A stretch of 64,000 nt of DNA from Gemmatimonadales bacterium (GTDB lineage: Bacteria; Gemmatimonadota; Gemmatimonadetes; Gemmatimonadales; GWC2-71-9): NCBI GenBank assembly GCA_035703525.1, contig DASSYA010000017.1, positions 171,304-235,303 on the forward strand, given 5' to 3'. Position numbers and translations under genes: made by a program. The notes under the pieces were generated by a model, which saw only the letters and a program-made list of their open reading frames with translations, did no database searches and had not been told where the DNA came from. Shown piece after piece: positions 11,698 to 19,879 of this stretch; within the stretch, counting starts at the first letter, position 1, and each line of letters opens with the position of its first letter.

Positions 11698-11873
11698 GGC
11701 ACGGACTTCGCACTGGAGCCCAACAGGCGGTGTCGGTGGAGTCCCCTCGAAGGGGGTGACCCGCCGGCTGTCCTCGCCTCGAACCACCCTACCCGTCCCG
11801 GAGGAAGCCTGCCGCTCGACTCGACCGTTGTTGCCTGTCCAGGTGGGGCGTTGACCCGCCGGGATCGGTCCTG

Positions 11874-13694
11874 GTGACGTCGCCTCGCATCGGCGACATC
11901 CTGCTCATGCGTGGCCTGATCACGCAGGGGCAGCTCGAGCAGGCGCTCGTCCAGCAACGCCGGACGGGAGAACGGCTCGGTCGGGTCGTGTTGACCCTGG
12001 GCATGGTGACGCGGCTCGAGCTGGCGCGGGCCCTCGCGGAGCGCTGGCAGCAGCCGTTCGTGATGGTCACTCCCGACATGGTCACGCCGAGCATTGCGCG
12101 ACGATTCCCGCTCGACGCCACCCTCGCGCTCCGGGCGGTTCCGCTGTCCGACGACGGGCAGGTCGTGCTGGTCGCCTCCGGCGAAGAACCGAGCGACACG
12201 CTGCGTGACACGCTCAACGTCGTCTACCCGGGTCGGCACCAGGACATCCGGATCACCACCGAGTGGGATATCGATCGAGCCATCGGCATCGCGCACCGCC
12301 GCGAGATGGTCGACGCCTCGATTCACGGGCTGTACTTCCGCCATCAGGAGGAGAGTGCCTTCCGGGTGTTCAGCCCGGGGCAGTACCTGTTGATCGTCCT
12401 CCTGCTGATGAGCATCCTCGTCGGTCTCTGGATGATCCCGCTCACCACGATGCTGCTGCTCACGCTGCTCTCCGCACTCGCCTTCGGCGGCGCGGTGATC
12501 TTCCGCATGCTGGTCGGACTGGCGGAGACACCGACCTCGGCGAGGATCACCGTCACCCCCGAGAGCCTCGCGGCGCTGACCGAACGCAGTCTCCCGACCT
12601 ACTCGATTCTGGTCCCGTTCGATCGCGAGCCTGCGCAGGTTGTCCCGTTGCTCGCCTCGCTGGCCGCGCTGGACTATCCGGTCGACAAGCTGGACGTGAC
12701 GCTGCTGTTCCATGAAGAAGACCTGGAGAGTCTCGACGCAGCGAAGGCCGCCGCTCCCCCCGACAACATCCGGTTTCTGGTAGTGCCCGCCGGCGAACTC
12801 CACACCAAGCCGATGGCCTGCAACGTGGGCCTGCTCTATGCCAAGGGCGAATTCCTCGTGGTGCTCGATGCCGGGGACCGGCCGGAACCGGATCAGCTCC
12901 GGAAGGCCGTGGTCGCATTTCGTCGCGGGCCCCGTCGGCTGGCGTGCCTGCAGGCCACGCGCAACGCCCGCAATTCGCGCACGACCTTCCTCAGCCGGTT
13001 CGCCACGATTGACCAGCTGTTCTGGCTCGAGCACTTGCTCCCGGGCCTTGATCGGTGGCGGTTCCCCGTGCCGATTGGCGGGACCAGCAACCACTTCCGT
13101 ACCGAGGTCTTGCGGGAGCTCGGCGGGTGGGATCCGTTCAACGTCACCGAGGATGCCGATCTCGGGGTGCGTGCTGCCATGCACGGCCACCGGGTGGGTA
13201 CGATCAACAGTGCGACGTCCGTTGTCATCAATGCGACATTGCTCGCATGGCTCCGCGAGCGAACCCGCTGGATCAAGGGATACATGCAGACGGCGCTGGT
13301 TTTCCTGCGTGATCCGATGACGCTCGCCCACCGACTCGGACCACGTCGCACCTTCGGATTCGCGTTCCTGATCGCTGCCACCCCCCTCGGCCATCTGATG
13401 CAGCCCGTGGCGACGGGACTCACCCTCCTCTGGATCATGGTCGACCCCAGACTGCTCGTGACGGCATCTCCGGCCTGGGCCATCGACGCCTCCGTGCTGT
13501 CACTCCTCATGGGGTATGCCGGCGTCATCACGATCCACTTGTTCACCGCACTCCGACATCGACGCTACGGCCTGGCGCTGCTCGCGCCGCTCGCCCCCCT
13601 CTATTGGCTCCTGCACAGCCTGGCGGCCTCGGCGGCGTTGGTCCAGCTCCTGCTCCATCCGGACCGGCTCAGGACCCAGGTCCAGGACGAGTAG
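11874..13694 (+). CDS. MshEN(T2SSE_N)-domain-containing family 2 glycosyltransferase, putative c-di-GMP-controlled processive polysaccharide synthase
   Basis: N-terminus has two tandem 24-aa MshEN motifs separated by 5 aa: RIGDILLMRGLITQGQLEQALVQQ, RRTGE, RLGRVVLTLGMVTRLELARALAER. These are followed by TM helices and a GT2 core with DAGD, TED (VTEDADLG) and a Q/ExxRW-like motif (RERTRWIKG), then C-terminal TM helices. Confidence 0.8.
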   Translation: MTSPRIGDILLMRGLITQGQLEQALVQQRRTGERLGRVVLTLGMVTRLELARALAERWQQPFVMVTPDMVTPSIARRFPLDATLALRAVPLSDDGQVVLVASGEEPSDTLRDTLNVVYPGRHQDIRITTEWDIDRAIGIAHRREMVDASIHGLYFRHQEESAFRVFSPGQYLLIVLLLMSILVGLWMIPLTTMLLLTLLSALAFGGAVIFRMLVGLAETPTSARITVTPESLAALTERSLPTYSILVPFDREPAQVVPLLASLAALDYPVDKLDVTLLFHEEDLESLDAAKAAAPPDNIRFLVVPAGELHTKPMACNVGLLYAKGEFLVVLDAGDRPEPDQLRKAVVAFRRGPRRLACLQATRNARNSRTTFLSRFATIDQLFWLEHLLPGLDRWRFPVPIGGTSNHFRTEVLRELGGWDPFNVTEDADLGVRAAMHGHRVGTINSATSVVINATLLAWLRERTRWIKGYMQTALVFLRDPMTLAHRLGPRRTFGFAFLIAATPLGHLMQPVATGLTLLWIMVDPRLLVTASPAWAIDASVLSLLMGYAGVITIHLFTALRHRRYGLALLAPLAPLYWLLHSLAASAALVQLLLHPDRLRTQVQDE

Positions 13695-13789
13695 GGCCGG
13701 ACCGCGGGGCCGAGGAGTGACGTCTCCCGTGCTCCGTGCGTCTTCAGGGGGACTCGCCAGCCCGCTGCCCCGGACCCGGACGACTGCTC

Positions 13790-14239
13790 ATGCGTGCCAT
13801 TCCCCTGCTCATTGCCCTCACGATCGCGAGCTGCGCCTCGCCGACCCTCCCCGAGGAACGTGAACTCGCGTCAGCCGAGGCCCGCTGGGACGCCAGGTCG
13901 TTTCCCGACTACGAGATGGAACTCCGGATCAGTTGCTACTGTCCGACCGAGGTCGGTGACTGGGCTCGCGTCCGGGTCGAAGGGGGGAGGGTCACCCAGG
14001 TCATGCGGCTGTCGGACCGCACCATCTACGCGCCACACTTGTGGACGATGTGGCATTCGATCGACGACATCTTCGAGCGACTCCGGAGCGTGCCCGGCTC
14101 CGACGTCTACGCGCGGTTCACCGCGACGTTCGACCCCGCGCTCGGTTTCCCGCGGGAGGCCAACCTGATCGAGCGGCCGAACATCGCCGACGCCGGGATC
14201 GCGTGGAGCATCCGGAACGTGGTGCCATTCACGAGGTGA
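13790..14239 (+). CDS. small lipoprotein, function unknown (possibly DUF6174-like)
   Basis: Lipobox LTIASC after MRAIPLLIA, and a conserved-looking CYCP motif. Start moved to the internal ATG 13790. The family call is from memory and weak. Confidence 0.55.
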   Translation: MRAIPLLIALTIASCASPTLPEERELASAEARWDARSFPDYEMELRISCYCPTEVGDWARVRVEGGRVTQVMRLSDRTIYAPHLWTMWHSIDDIFERLRSVPGSDVYARFTATFDPALGFPREANLIERPNIADAGIAWSIRNVVPFTR

Positions 14240-14268
14240 GCACGGCCCACGGAAGGACGCAATGCCGA

Positions 14269-14302
14269 ACGGTGCGGACCCTCGTGTGAGGATCCGCACC
14301 GT
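14269..14302. terminator. bidirectional hairpin between convergent genes
   Basis: ACGGTGCGGACC / GGATCCGCACCGT (12 bp with a 1-nt bulge) and a 9-nt loop, lying between the lipoprotein stop (14239) and the DPP-IV stop (14324). Confidence 0.5.
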
Positions 14303-14323
14303 CTCGCTCCTGGCGGCGGGCGC

Positions 14324-16423
14324 TCAGCTGGTGAGCTTCGCCGGCCGCATCACCAGGTTCTCGATGAAGAACTCCATCATCCGGGCAGAGTTGAGGCCCG
14401 AGTGTCCGGCGTCCGGACCGACCTGCACCTCGAAGCTCTTGCCGGCCTTCTGCAGTGACTGGATCAACTGCATCATGTTGTTCGGATGGACGTTGTCGTC
14501 GGCCGTGCCATAGTAGAGCATGAGCCGGCCATCAAGGTCCTTGGCGTACGTCATGGCATCGCCCGCCTCGTAGCCCGCCTTGTTCCCCTGTGGCGTCCAC
14601 ATGTAGCGCTCGGTATAGATCGTGTCGTAATGGTACCACGCCGTCACGGGCGAGGACGCCGATGCGGCCGCGAAGGCCTCCGGATGGCGGAGCAACGCCA
14701 TCGCCGAGGCATAGCCCCCGTAGGAGGTACCGAAGATGCCGACCCGCGTGCCGTCGACATACGGCCTGGTTGCCAGGTACTTCGAGGCCGCCGCCATGTC
14801 ATCGATCTCGGGCACGCCGAGCTTCTCGTAGATCGCGTCGAGGAAGTGCTTGCCCCGACCCGCGGCACTGCGGGTGTCGAGCGTCACCACCAGGAAGCCG
14901 TACTCCGTGTAAGGATGCGACGTGGCGTAGGTCTCCCGTGCCCCGTTGGTCGCCGGTCCGCCATAGACCGAGAAGATCACCGGGTACTTCTTCGACGGAT
15001 CGAAGTTGGATGGGAAGTTGAGCATGCCGTGAAGCGGCGTCTTGCCGTCCGCGGACGTATAGGTGAACAGTTCCACCGGCTTGAGCCCGAGCGCCTTGGC
15101 ACCACTGTCATCGCTCTCGGCGATGGTGGCGAGCACCTTCCCGTTCGCATCCATCAGGCGACTCACGGGCGGCGTGTCATGCGTCTGCGCGACATCGACG
15201 AACGTCTTGCCGTCGGGGGCCACCGTCACGGTGTGCAGGAACGCGGGATCGGTGAGCCGGCGGTCGTTCTTGCCGTCGAGTCCCACCCGGTGCAATTGCA
15301 CCTTCATGTAGTTGTCGCCGCTTCGGGCATAGTACCAGAGCTGCTTTGCCTTCTCGTCGACCTTGACGATGCCGTTCACCTCGAAGGGATGATTCGTGAG
15401 CGTCGCGAGCAGTGTGCCGCTGATGTCGTAGAGATAGTAGTTCTTGAAGCCGGTCCGCTCGGACTCCCAGATGAACCGCTTGCCGTCCTCGAGCCAGCGG
15501 ATCGTCGGCGAGTTGTCGGTCCAGGATGCCGGCCACGACTCGCGCACGATCACCCGACAGGCGCCGGTCGCCGGGGCGCAGGCGGTGAACTCCATGATGT
15601 TCTGGCGGCGGTTGGTCCGGTTGAAGAGCAGCTCGCTGCCATCGGGGCTCCACCGCACGCCGTAGACGTAGTAGCCGACGACATCATCGGCCGAGGGCTT
15701 GCCATCCCGGACCTCGACCTTGGTGGTCTTCCCCGAGGCAACATCGTAGACATAGAGGTCGACGATCGGGTTGTCCGTGCCGGCCTTCGGGTAGGCCTCC
15801 GTGGCGATCTCGTCGTAGAGCTTGGTCTGGTCCACCTGGAGGAAGTAGTCCTTGACCGGGCCCTCGTCGAAGCGGTAGTACGCCAGCTTGGTCCCGTCCG
15901 GGGACCACCACATCGCGGTGGTCTGGCGGAGCTCCTCGCCATAGACCCAGCTCGCGGTACCGTACTTGATGCGGCGTTCCTCGCTGCCGTCGGTGGTCAG
16001 CGGCTGTTCGCCGCTGCCGTCGGCCGCGCTCAACCAGACATTCCGGTCACGGTAGAAGGCCTTCTTCGTGGAATCCGGCGACATCGCCTCGGTGGCCTGG
16101 CGACCCCGCCCCGGCCCGCCGCGACGGAAGCCAGCGCCCCGATTGGTCTCCGCCGCCTCGATCTCGGTCGCGCTGCGCTTGCCGAGATCGTAGCGGTAGC
16201 GCTTGCCGTCAAGCGAGTAGATGAACGACTTGCTGTCATCGGCCCAGTCGGGTGAGACCTGCCCGCGCGTGACGGCGCTCCCGATCTTGGGCGCCATCTC
16301 GGCGTAACGGGCGTAGCCAGGCATCTCCTTGAGGCGATCCTGGGCGTGCAGCGAGACCACGAGGCCGCCCAGCAGGATCACGAGGGCGGTGTGGGAGGTA
16401 TGACGGACAATCCGAGAGGACAC
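14324..16423 (-). CDS. dipeptidyl-peptidase IV family serine peptidase (S9B)
   Basis: 699 aa with a signal peptide, a beta-propeller N-terminal domain and a C-terminal S9 catalytic domain. Catalytic residues: Ser in GTSYGGY, Asp in DDNVHPNN, His in AGHSG. GGAG lies 9 nt before GTG 16423. Confidence 0.88.
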   Translation of the reverse strand: MSSRIVRHTSHTALVILLGGLVVSLHAQDRLKEMPGYARYAEMAPKIGSAVTRGQVSPDWADDSKSFIYSLDGKRYRYDLGKRSATEIEAAETNRGAGFRRGGPGRGRQATEAMSPDSTKKAFYRDRNVWLSAADGSGEQPLTTDGSEERRIKYGTASWVYGEELRQTTAMWWSPDGTKLAYYRFDEGPVKDYFLQVDQTKLYDEIATEAYPKAGTDNPIVDLYVYDVASGKTTKVEVRDGKPSADDVVGYYVYGVRWSPDGSELLFNRTNRRQNIMEFTACAPATGACRVIVRESWPASWTDNSPTIRWLEDGKRFIWESERTGFKNYYLYDISGTLLATLTNHPFEVNGIVKVDEKAKQLWYYARSGDNYMKVQLHRVGLDGKNDRRLTDPAFLHTVTVAPDGKTFVDVAQTHDTPPVSRLMDANGKVLATIAESDDSGAKALGLKPVELFTYTSADGKTPLHGMLNFPSNFDPSKKYPVIFSVYGGPATNGARETYATSHPYTEYGFLVVTLDTRSAAGRGKHFLDAIYEKLGVPEIDDMAAASKYLATRPYVDGTRVGIFGTSYGGYASAMALLRHPEAFAAASASSPVTAWYHYDTIYTERYMWTPQGNKAGYEAGDAMTYAKDLDGRLMLYYGTADDNVHPNNMMQLIQSLQKAGKSFEVQVGPDAGHSGLNSARMMEFFIENLVMRPAKLTS

Positions 16424-16531
16424 GGCAACGTCTCCGAGGAAGTGGGATCAGGAGGACTGAGCCCTTGTCGGGCCCAACCAACCGCTACGCATCACGGGCC
16501 GCCGAGGTTGCACCCCGACGGCCCGCGTTGG

Positions 16532-17074
16532 TCACCTTGCGGCCCGGACTGCCGCCTTGAGTTCGTCGTATGCGGTCGGGTCGATCTCGCGGAACGGCCG
16601 CATGACCGTCTGGACGGTACCGGTGGGTCCGACCACGAACAGCACCCGGGATTCCCATTGGCGCCCCTCGGCGAGGGTACCGTAGGCCTTGCCGGCCACC
16701 CCGTCGACGTCCGCGGCAAAGCGGAACGGGAACTTCTCATCCGCGGCCCAGCTCGCGAGATCGGCCGGCGTGTCCTTCGAGATGGCGATCAGCACGACAT
16801 CATCACCTCCGCCGAACAACTCGGTGAATCGGTCTCGATAGGCGCGCATCTGAATGGTGCAGCCACTGGTCCGTGCCTTCGGGAAGAAGGCGAGCACCAC
16901 CGTCTTGCCCCGGAGCGAGGAGAGCGCGAGGGAATCGCCCACCCCCGCCATCGTCGCCATCGGCAGCCGCCAGTCCGGGGCCGTGTCACCGACCGCCGGT
17001 CCCTGCGCCACGCCCAGCGACGTGAGACCACAGATGGCCACGGCCAGGGTCAGGCTTCGTGCGAACCATGTCAT
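16532..17074 (-). CDS. secreted peroxiredoxin (AhpC/TSA, Bcp-like)
   Basis: Signal peptide MTWFARSLTLAVAICGLTSLGVAQG and peroxidatic Cys context FFPKARTSGCT. Confidence 0.8.
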   Translation of the reverse strand: MTWFARSLTLAVAICGLTSLGVAQGPAVGDTAPDWRLPMATMAGVGDSLALSSLRGKTVVLAFFPKARTSGCTIQMRAYRDRFTELFGGGDDVVLIAISKDTPADLASWAADEKFPFRFAADVDGVAGKAYGTLAEGRQWESRVLFVVGPTGTVQTVMRPFREIDPTAYDELKAAVRAAR

Positions 17075-17083
17075 GATATTGCC

Positions 17084-18319
17084 TCAGTTCATGCGTGTGA
17101 TGCGCCAGACCTTGCCGCTCTGATCGGACGCGATATAGAGCGCACCATCGGGACCTACGGCCACGCCGCTCGGTCGGAGCGAGGTCTCGCCGGTCGACCC
17201 GACCGCGAACGTCGAGTACGCGCCGGTCGGCTTGTTGTCCTTGAACGGCATGAAGACCACCCGGAACCCGGCTTGCGGCAGTGGCGCGCGATTCCATGAA
17301 CCGTGGAAGGCCAGGAACGCGCCATCCTGATAGGCCGCCCCAAGCTCCGGATGCGGGTTGAACGCGAGTTGCATCGGTGCCCAGTGACCTGGGAAGGCGA
17401 TGGCCGGCTGCGTCGTGCCGGCACACTCGCCCACGAGCTTCCCGTCGCCACCGTACTCCGGTGCCAGCACCTTCTGCTTCAGCTCCCCGTCGTAGTAACA
17501 GTAGGGCCAGCCGAAGTTCGCCCCCTTCGCGATCAGACCGAATTCCTCCGCCGGTTTTTCGGCATTCGCCTCATCGCTGAAACCCCAATTGGCGCCCAGC
17601 TGGTCTCGACCATGCGAGGCGCCCCAGAGCAGACCAGTGACCGGCTGCACGGCGATCGCCATCGCATTCCGGAAGCCGATGCCCCAATGCACACCATCAG
17701 CGGGCGTCTGTCCGGGACGAGCGGCGTCGTAGCGCCAGATGCCGGCGCGCTCCGGAAGCTCGGGACAGGGGCGGACGCCGGGCGAGCGATCCTGGCGGTC
17801 TTCCGCCTGACAGGAGTTGGTCCGCGACCCATGGTCGACATACATCGCCCCATCGGGGCCGAGCGTGAGTGTGGTCGCGCTGTGGCCCCCCGTCGGGAGC
17901 CCCGAGACGATCACAGTGCCATCGCCGGTCGGAGCCAGGTCACCCCGCGTGCGCGGATACCGGATGATGCGATCGTCCATGCCGAACCAGACCGCGTCAG
18001 CGGTCGCGGCGATCCCCGTCCCGCTCCCCGGGCCGAACCGCGCGACCTGTTCCGCGTGGCCGTCGCCATCGACGTCCCGCATCGCAACCGCTCCCCCCCC
18101 CTGCCTCGCCCGACTCCCCGCGAAGACCACGCCGTCGGGCGACACGGCCAGATGTCGGGCCCCCGGCACCTCGGCGAACAGGGTGGCGCAAAATCCGTCG
18201 GGGAGGGAGAGTCCGGCGTTGTCGGGGTCACAGCTCGCGCGCTGGTGCGGTCGCATCGCCAGACCGGCGACGGCAACACCGGCAACCAGCGCGAACGAGC
18301 GGAAGTGGCGAATGGTCAT
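17084..18319 (-). CDS. PQQ-dependent sugar (glucose/sorbosone) dehydrogenase family protein
   Basis: Signal peptide and a beta-propeller with GSDH-like segments (GHSATTLTLGPDGAMYVDHGSRTNSC, ASHGRDQLG, FPGHWAP). Start set at ATG 18319. The longer GTG 18352 falls inside the upstream terminator stem. Confidence 0.75.
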   Translation of the reverse strand: MTIRHFRSFALVAGVAVAGLAMRPHQRASCDPDNAGLSLPDGFCATLFAEVPGARHLAVSPDGVVFAGSRARQGGGAVAMRDVDGDGHAEQVARFGPGSGTGIAATADAVWFGMDDRIIRYPRTRGDLAPTGDGTVIVSGLPTGGHSATTLTLGPDGAMYVDHGSRTNSCQAEDRQDRSPGVRPCPELPERAGIWRYDAARPGQTPADGVHWGIGFRNAMAIAVQPVTGLLWGASHGRDQLGANWGFSDEANAEKPAEEFGLIAKGANFGWPYCYYDGELKQKVLAPEYGGDGKLVGECAGTTQPAIAFPGHWAPMQLAFNPHPELGAAYQDGAFLAFHGSWNRAPLPQAGFRVVFMPFKDNKPTGAYSTFAVGSTGETSLRPSGVAVGPDGALYIASDQSGKVWRITRMN

Positions 18320-18347
18320 GAGGAGTCCCTGAGGCAAGAGGCGAAGC

Positions 18348-18370
18348 GGCACCGCCCGAGGCGCGGTGCC
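18348..18370 (-). terminator. hairpin after the DUF885-like gene
   Basis: GGCACCGC..GCGGTGCC, an 8-bp stem about 30 nt after the stop at 18399. An AT-rich tract (CAATAATAG) lies between the stop and the stem. Confidence 0.4.
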
Positions 18371-18398
18371 TATCCCTCAATAATAGCCCCCGGGCCGC

Positions 18399-19694
18399 TC
18401 AGGGGGCCGCGAGGTCGCTCGGCAGCCTCGGCGAAGCGAGCAATGACGCGAAGGCGCGCCACCGGGCAGTGGGATCGTCACCCCCCTCGCGCTGGACCCA
18501 ATCGGCCACCAGATCACGGCCGAGGTTGTAGTTGATCACATAGCTCCGGTAATCCTTGATGAACTGGAGGGTCTTGGCACCGGCGGCCGGACTCTGCAAC
18601 CAGTAGCGCTCCATGGCGGCGACGGCCTGGGTGCTGTCGATGTCGCCATCGAGGTAGCGACGCGCGACCTCGTTCCGGGCGTAGTTGAGGGCGGTGTTGA
18701 TGTCGCGAATCCTGGCGTTCTGCTCGGCGAGCGCCGGATCGAGGCCGGCGAGCGGAAAGAGCACATCACGCTCGAACGCGGTGCGCTCGTCACCGGGGAA
18801 CGCCATCTCGATCCCGAAGTTGGCGCTGCCCTCGGCGATGAGCGACTGCGGGGAGAAGAGCGGATAGACCGAGAACTCGACCCAGTCACGGTCCCGGACG
18901 AGTGCCTTCTCGAGCGAGGCATTGTAGACGTGATGCCCGGGATATCCCTCGTGGCACGCGAGATCGATCGCGCGATCAACGGCGATCGGGAAGTCCATGT
19001 TGACCTGGATCAGCGAATGCGAGTTGCCCTTGTACCAGTTGTAGGCATTCCACGACGTCCCCGTGACGTACTCGAGATCGAACTTCTCGCCGGCTGGCAG
19101 CGCGATGTGCGCGAGCGTCCGTTCGCGGCACGCGGCGATGGCGGTCTTGAAGACGGTGTCGACCAGCGCATTCGGGATCTCGACCCGTGTCCGGAACGCC
19201 TGATACCGTGCGGCAAGCGAACCCTGCCCCGGGACGAGCGTGTCGAGCTCGGCGAGCAGCGAATCGAAATGCGCGTCGGAGAGATGTGGTGGTGTCGCAT
19301 CGTAGAGGGCCTTCGCCTCCTGGTCGAACGAGAGTGTGGTCCCCTCGAGCATCCGGGCACGCGCGACCATCGAACCGAGCTGGGTACGGAGGTACCGATG
19401 CCGCATCGTGACGAGAGAATCATCGTAGGCCGGGACCGTGTCGCCCAGGATCACGATCAGCGAATCGGCCGACGTCCGGATCTGTGCCAGCGAGAGCGAA
19501 TCAGCGTCGGCCTGGACCTTGAGCGAGTCCGGGCCATAGTAGGCATCGACATAGGCCGGATCGTGGTGACCCATTTCCAGGGCGAGCACGACGTAGCGGG
19601 TGGCGATCGCGTCGAGGTCCGGACGGGCCGGCGCCGTGGGGGTGCACGCGGCAAAGGCGAGAATCGCGGCGACGTGACGGAACGTGGTGCGCAT
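18399..19694 (-). CDS. DUF885-like putative metallopeptidase lipoprotein
   Basis: MRTTFRHVAAILAFAACT lipoprotein signal and a HEGYPGHH motif resembling the DUF885 HExxPGHH signature. Start at ATG 19694, preceded by GGAGG 8 nt upstream. Confidence 0.5.
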   Translation of the reverse strand: MRTTFRHVAAILAFAACTPTAPARPDLDAIATRYVVLALEMGHHDPAYVDAYYGPDSLKVQADADSLSLAQIRTSADSLIVILGDTVPAYDDSLVTMRHRYLRTQLGSMVARARMLEGTTLSFDQEAKALYDATPPHLSDAHFDSLLAELDTLVPGQGSLAARYQAFRTRVEIPNALVDTVFKTAIAACRERTLAHIALPAGEKFDLEYVTGTSWNAYNWYKGNSHSLIQVNMDFPIAVDRAIDLACHEGYPGHHVYNASLEKALVRDRDWVEFSVYPLFSPQSLIAEGSANFGIEMAFPGDERTAFERDVLFPLAGLDPALAEQNARIRDINTALNYARNEVARRYLDGDIDSTQAVAAMERYWLQSPAAGAKTLQFIKDYRSYVINYNLGRDLVADWVQREGGDDPTARWRAFASLLASPRLPSDLAAP

Positions 19695-19724
19695 GGGTGG
19701 GCCTCCGGTTGGGACGACTGGCTC

Positions 19725-19856
19725 CAGGGGCGACCGCATTCAGGGGCGACCGCATTCAGGGGCGACCGTCAGGTCGCCCTCTGGATCATTGTAACAGGAA
19801 TCAGGCCCGACCGTGTTCAGGGGCGACCGCATTCAGGGGCGACCGTCAGGTCGCCC
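19725..19856. repeat. duplicated block of 16-nt direct repeats (CAGGGGCGACCGCATT) ending in hairpin GGGCGACC-GTCA-GGTCGCCC; 77-bp period
   Basis: Block A is 19725-19780 (16-mers at 19725, 19741 and 19757; hairpin at 19760-19779). Block B is 19802-19857 (16-mers at 19802 [degenerate], 19818 and 19834; hairpin at 19837-19856). Cross-checked against the translation of track ORF 19697..21148. Confidence 0.9.
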
Positions 19857-19879
19857 TCCGTATCCATGGCGGGATCCGG

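Noticed and set aside
11757-11859. 11-nt direct repeat TGACCCGCCGG (about 11757 and about 11849) upstream of the MshEN-GT2 gene, considered as a possible operator or c-di-GMP riboswitch.
   Set aside because: There are only two short GC-rich copies. I saw no GEMM-like conserved features, and this is within chance expectation for this composition.
16506-16512. Third TGCAACC box (minus strand) upstream of the DPP-IV gene, considered as another target of the ECF sigma.
   Set aside because: The sequence 17 nt downstream is GTAGCGG, not GTCCAAG. A lone 7-mer is expected several times by chance in this window, and another copy lies inside acnA.
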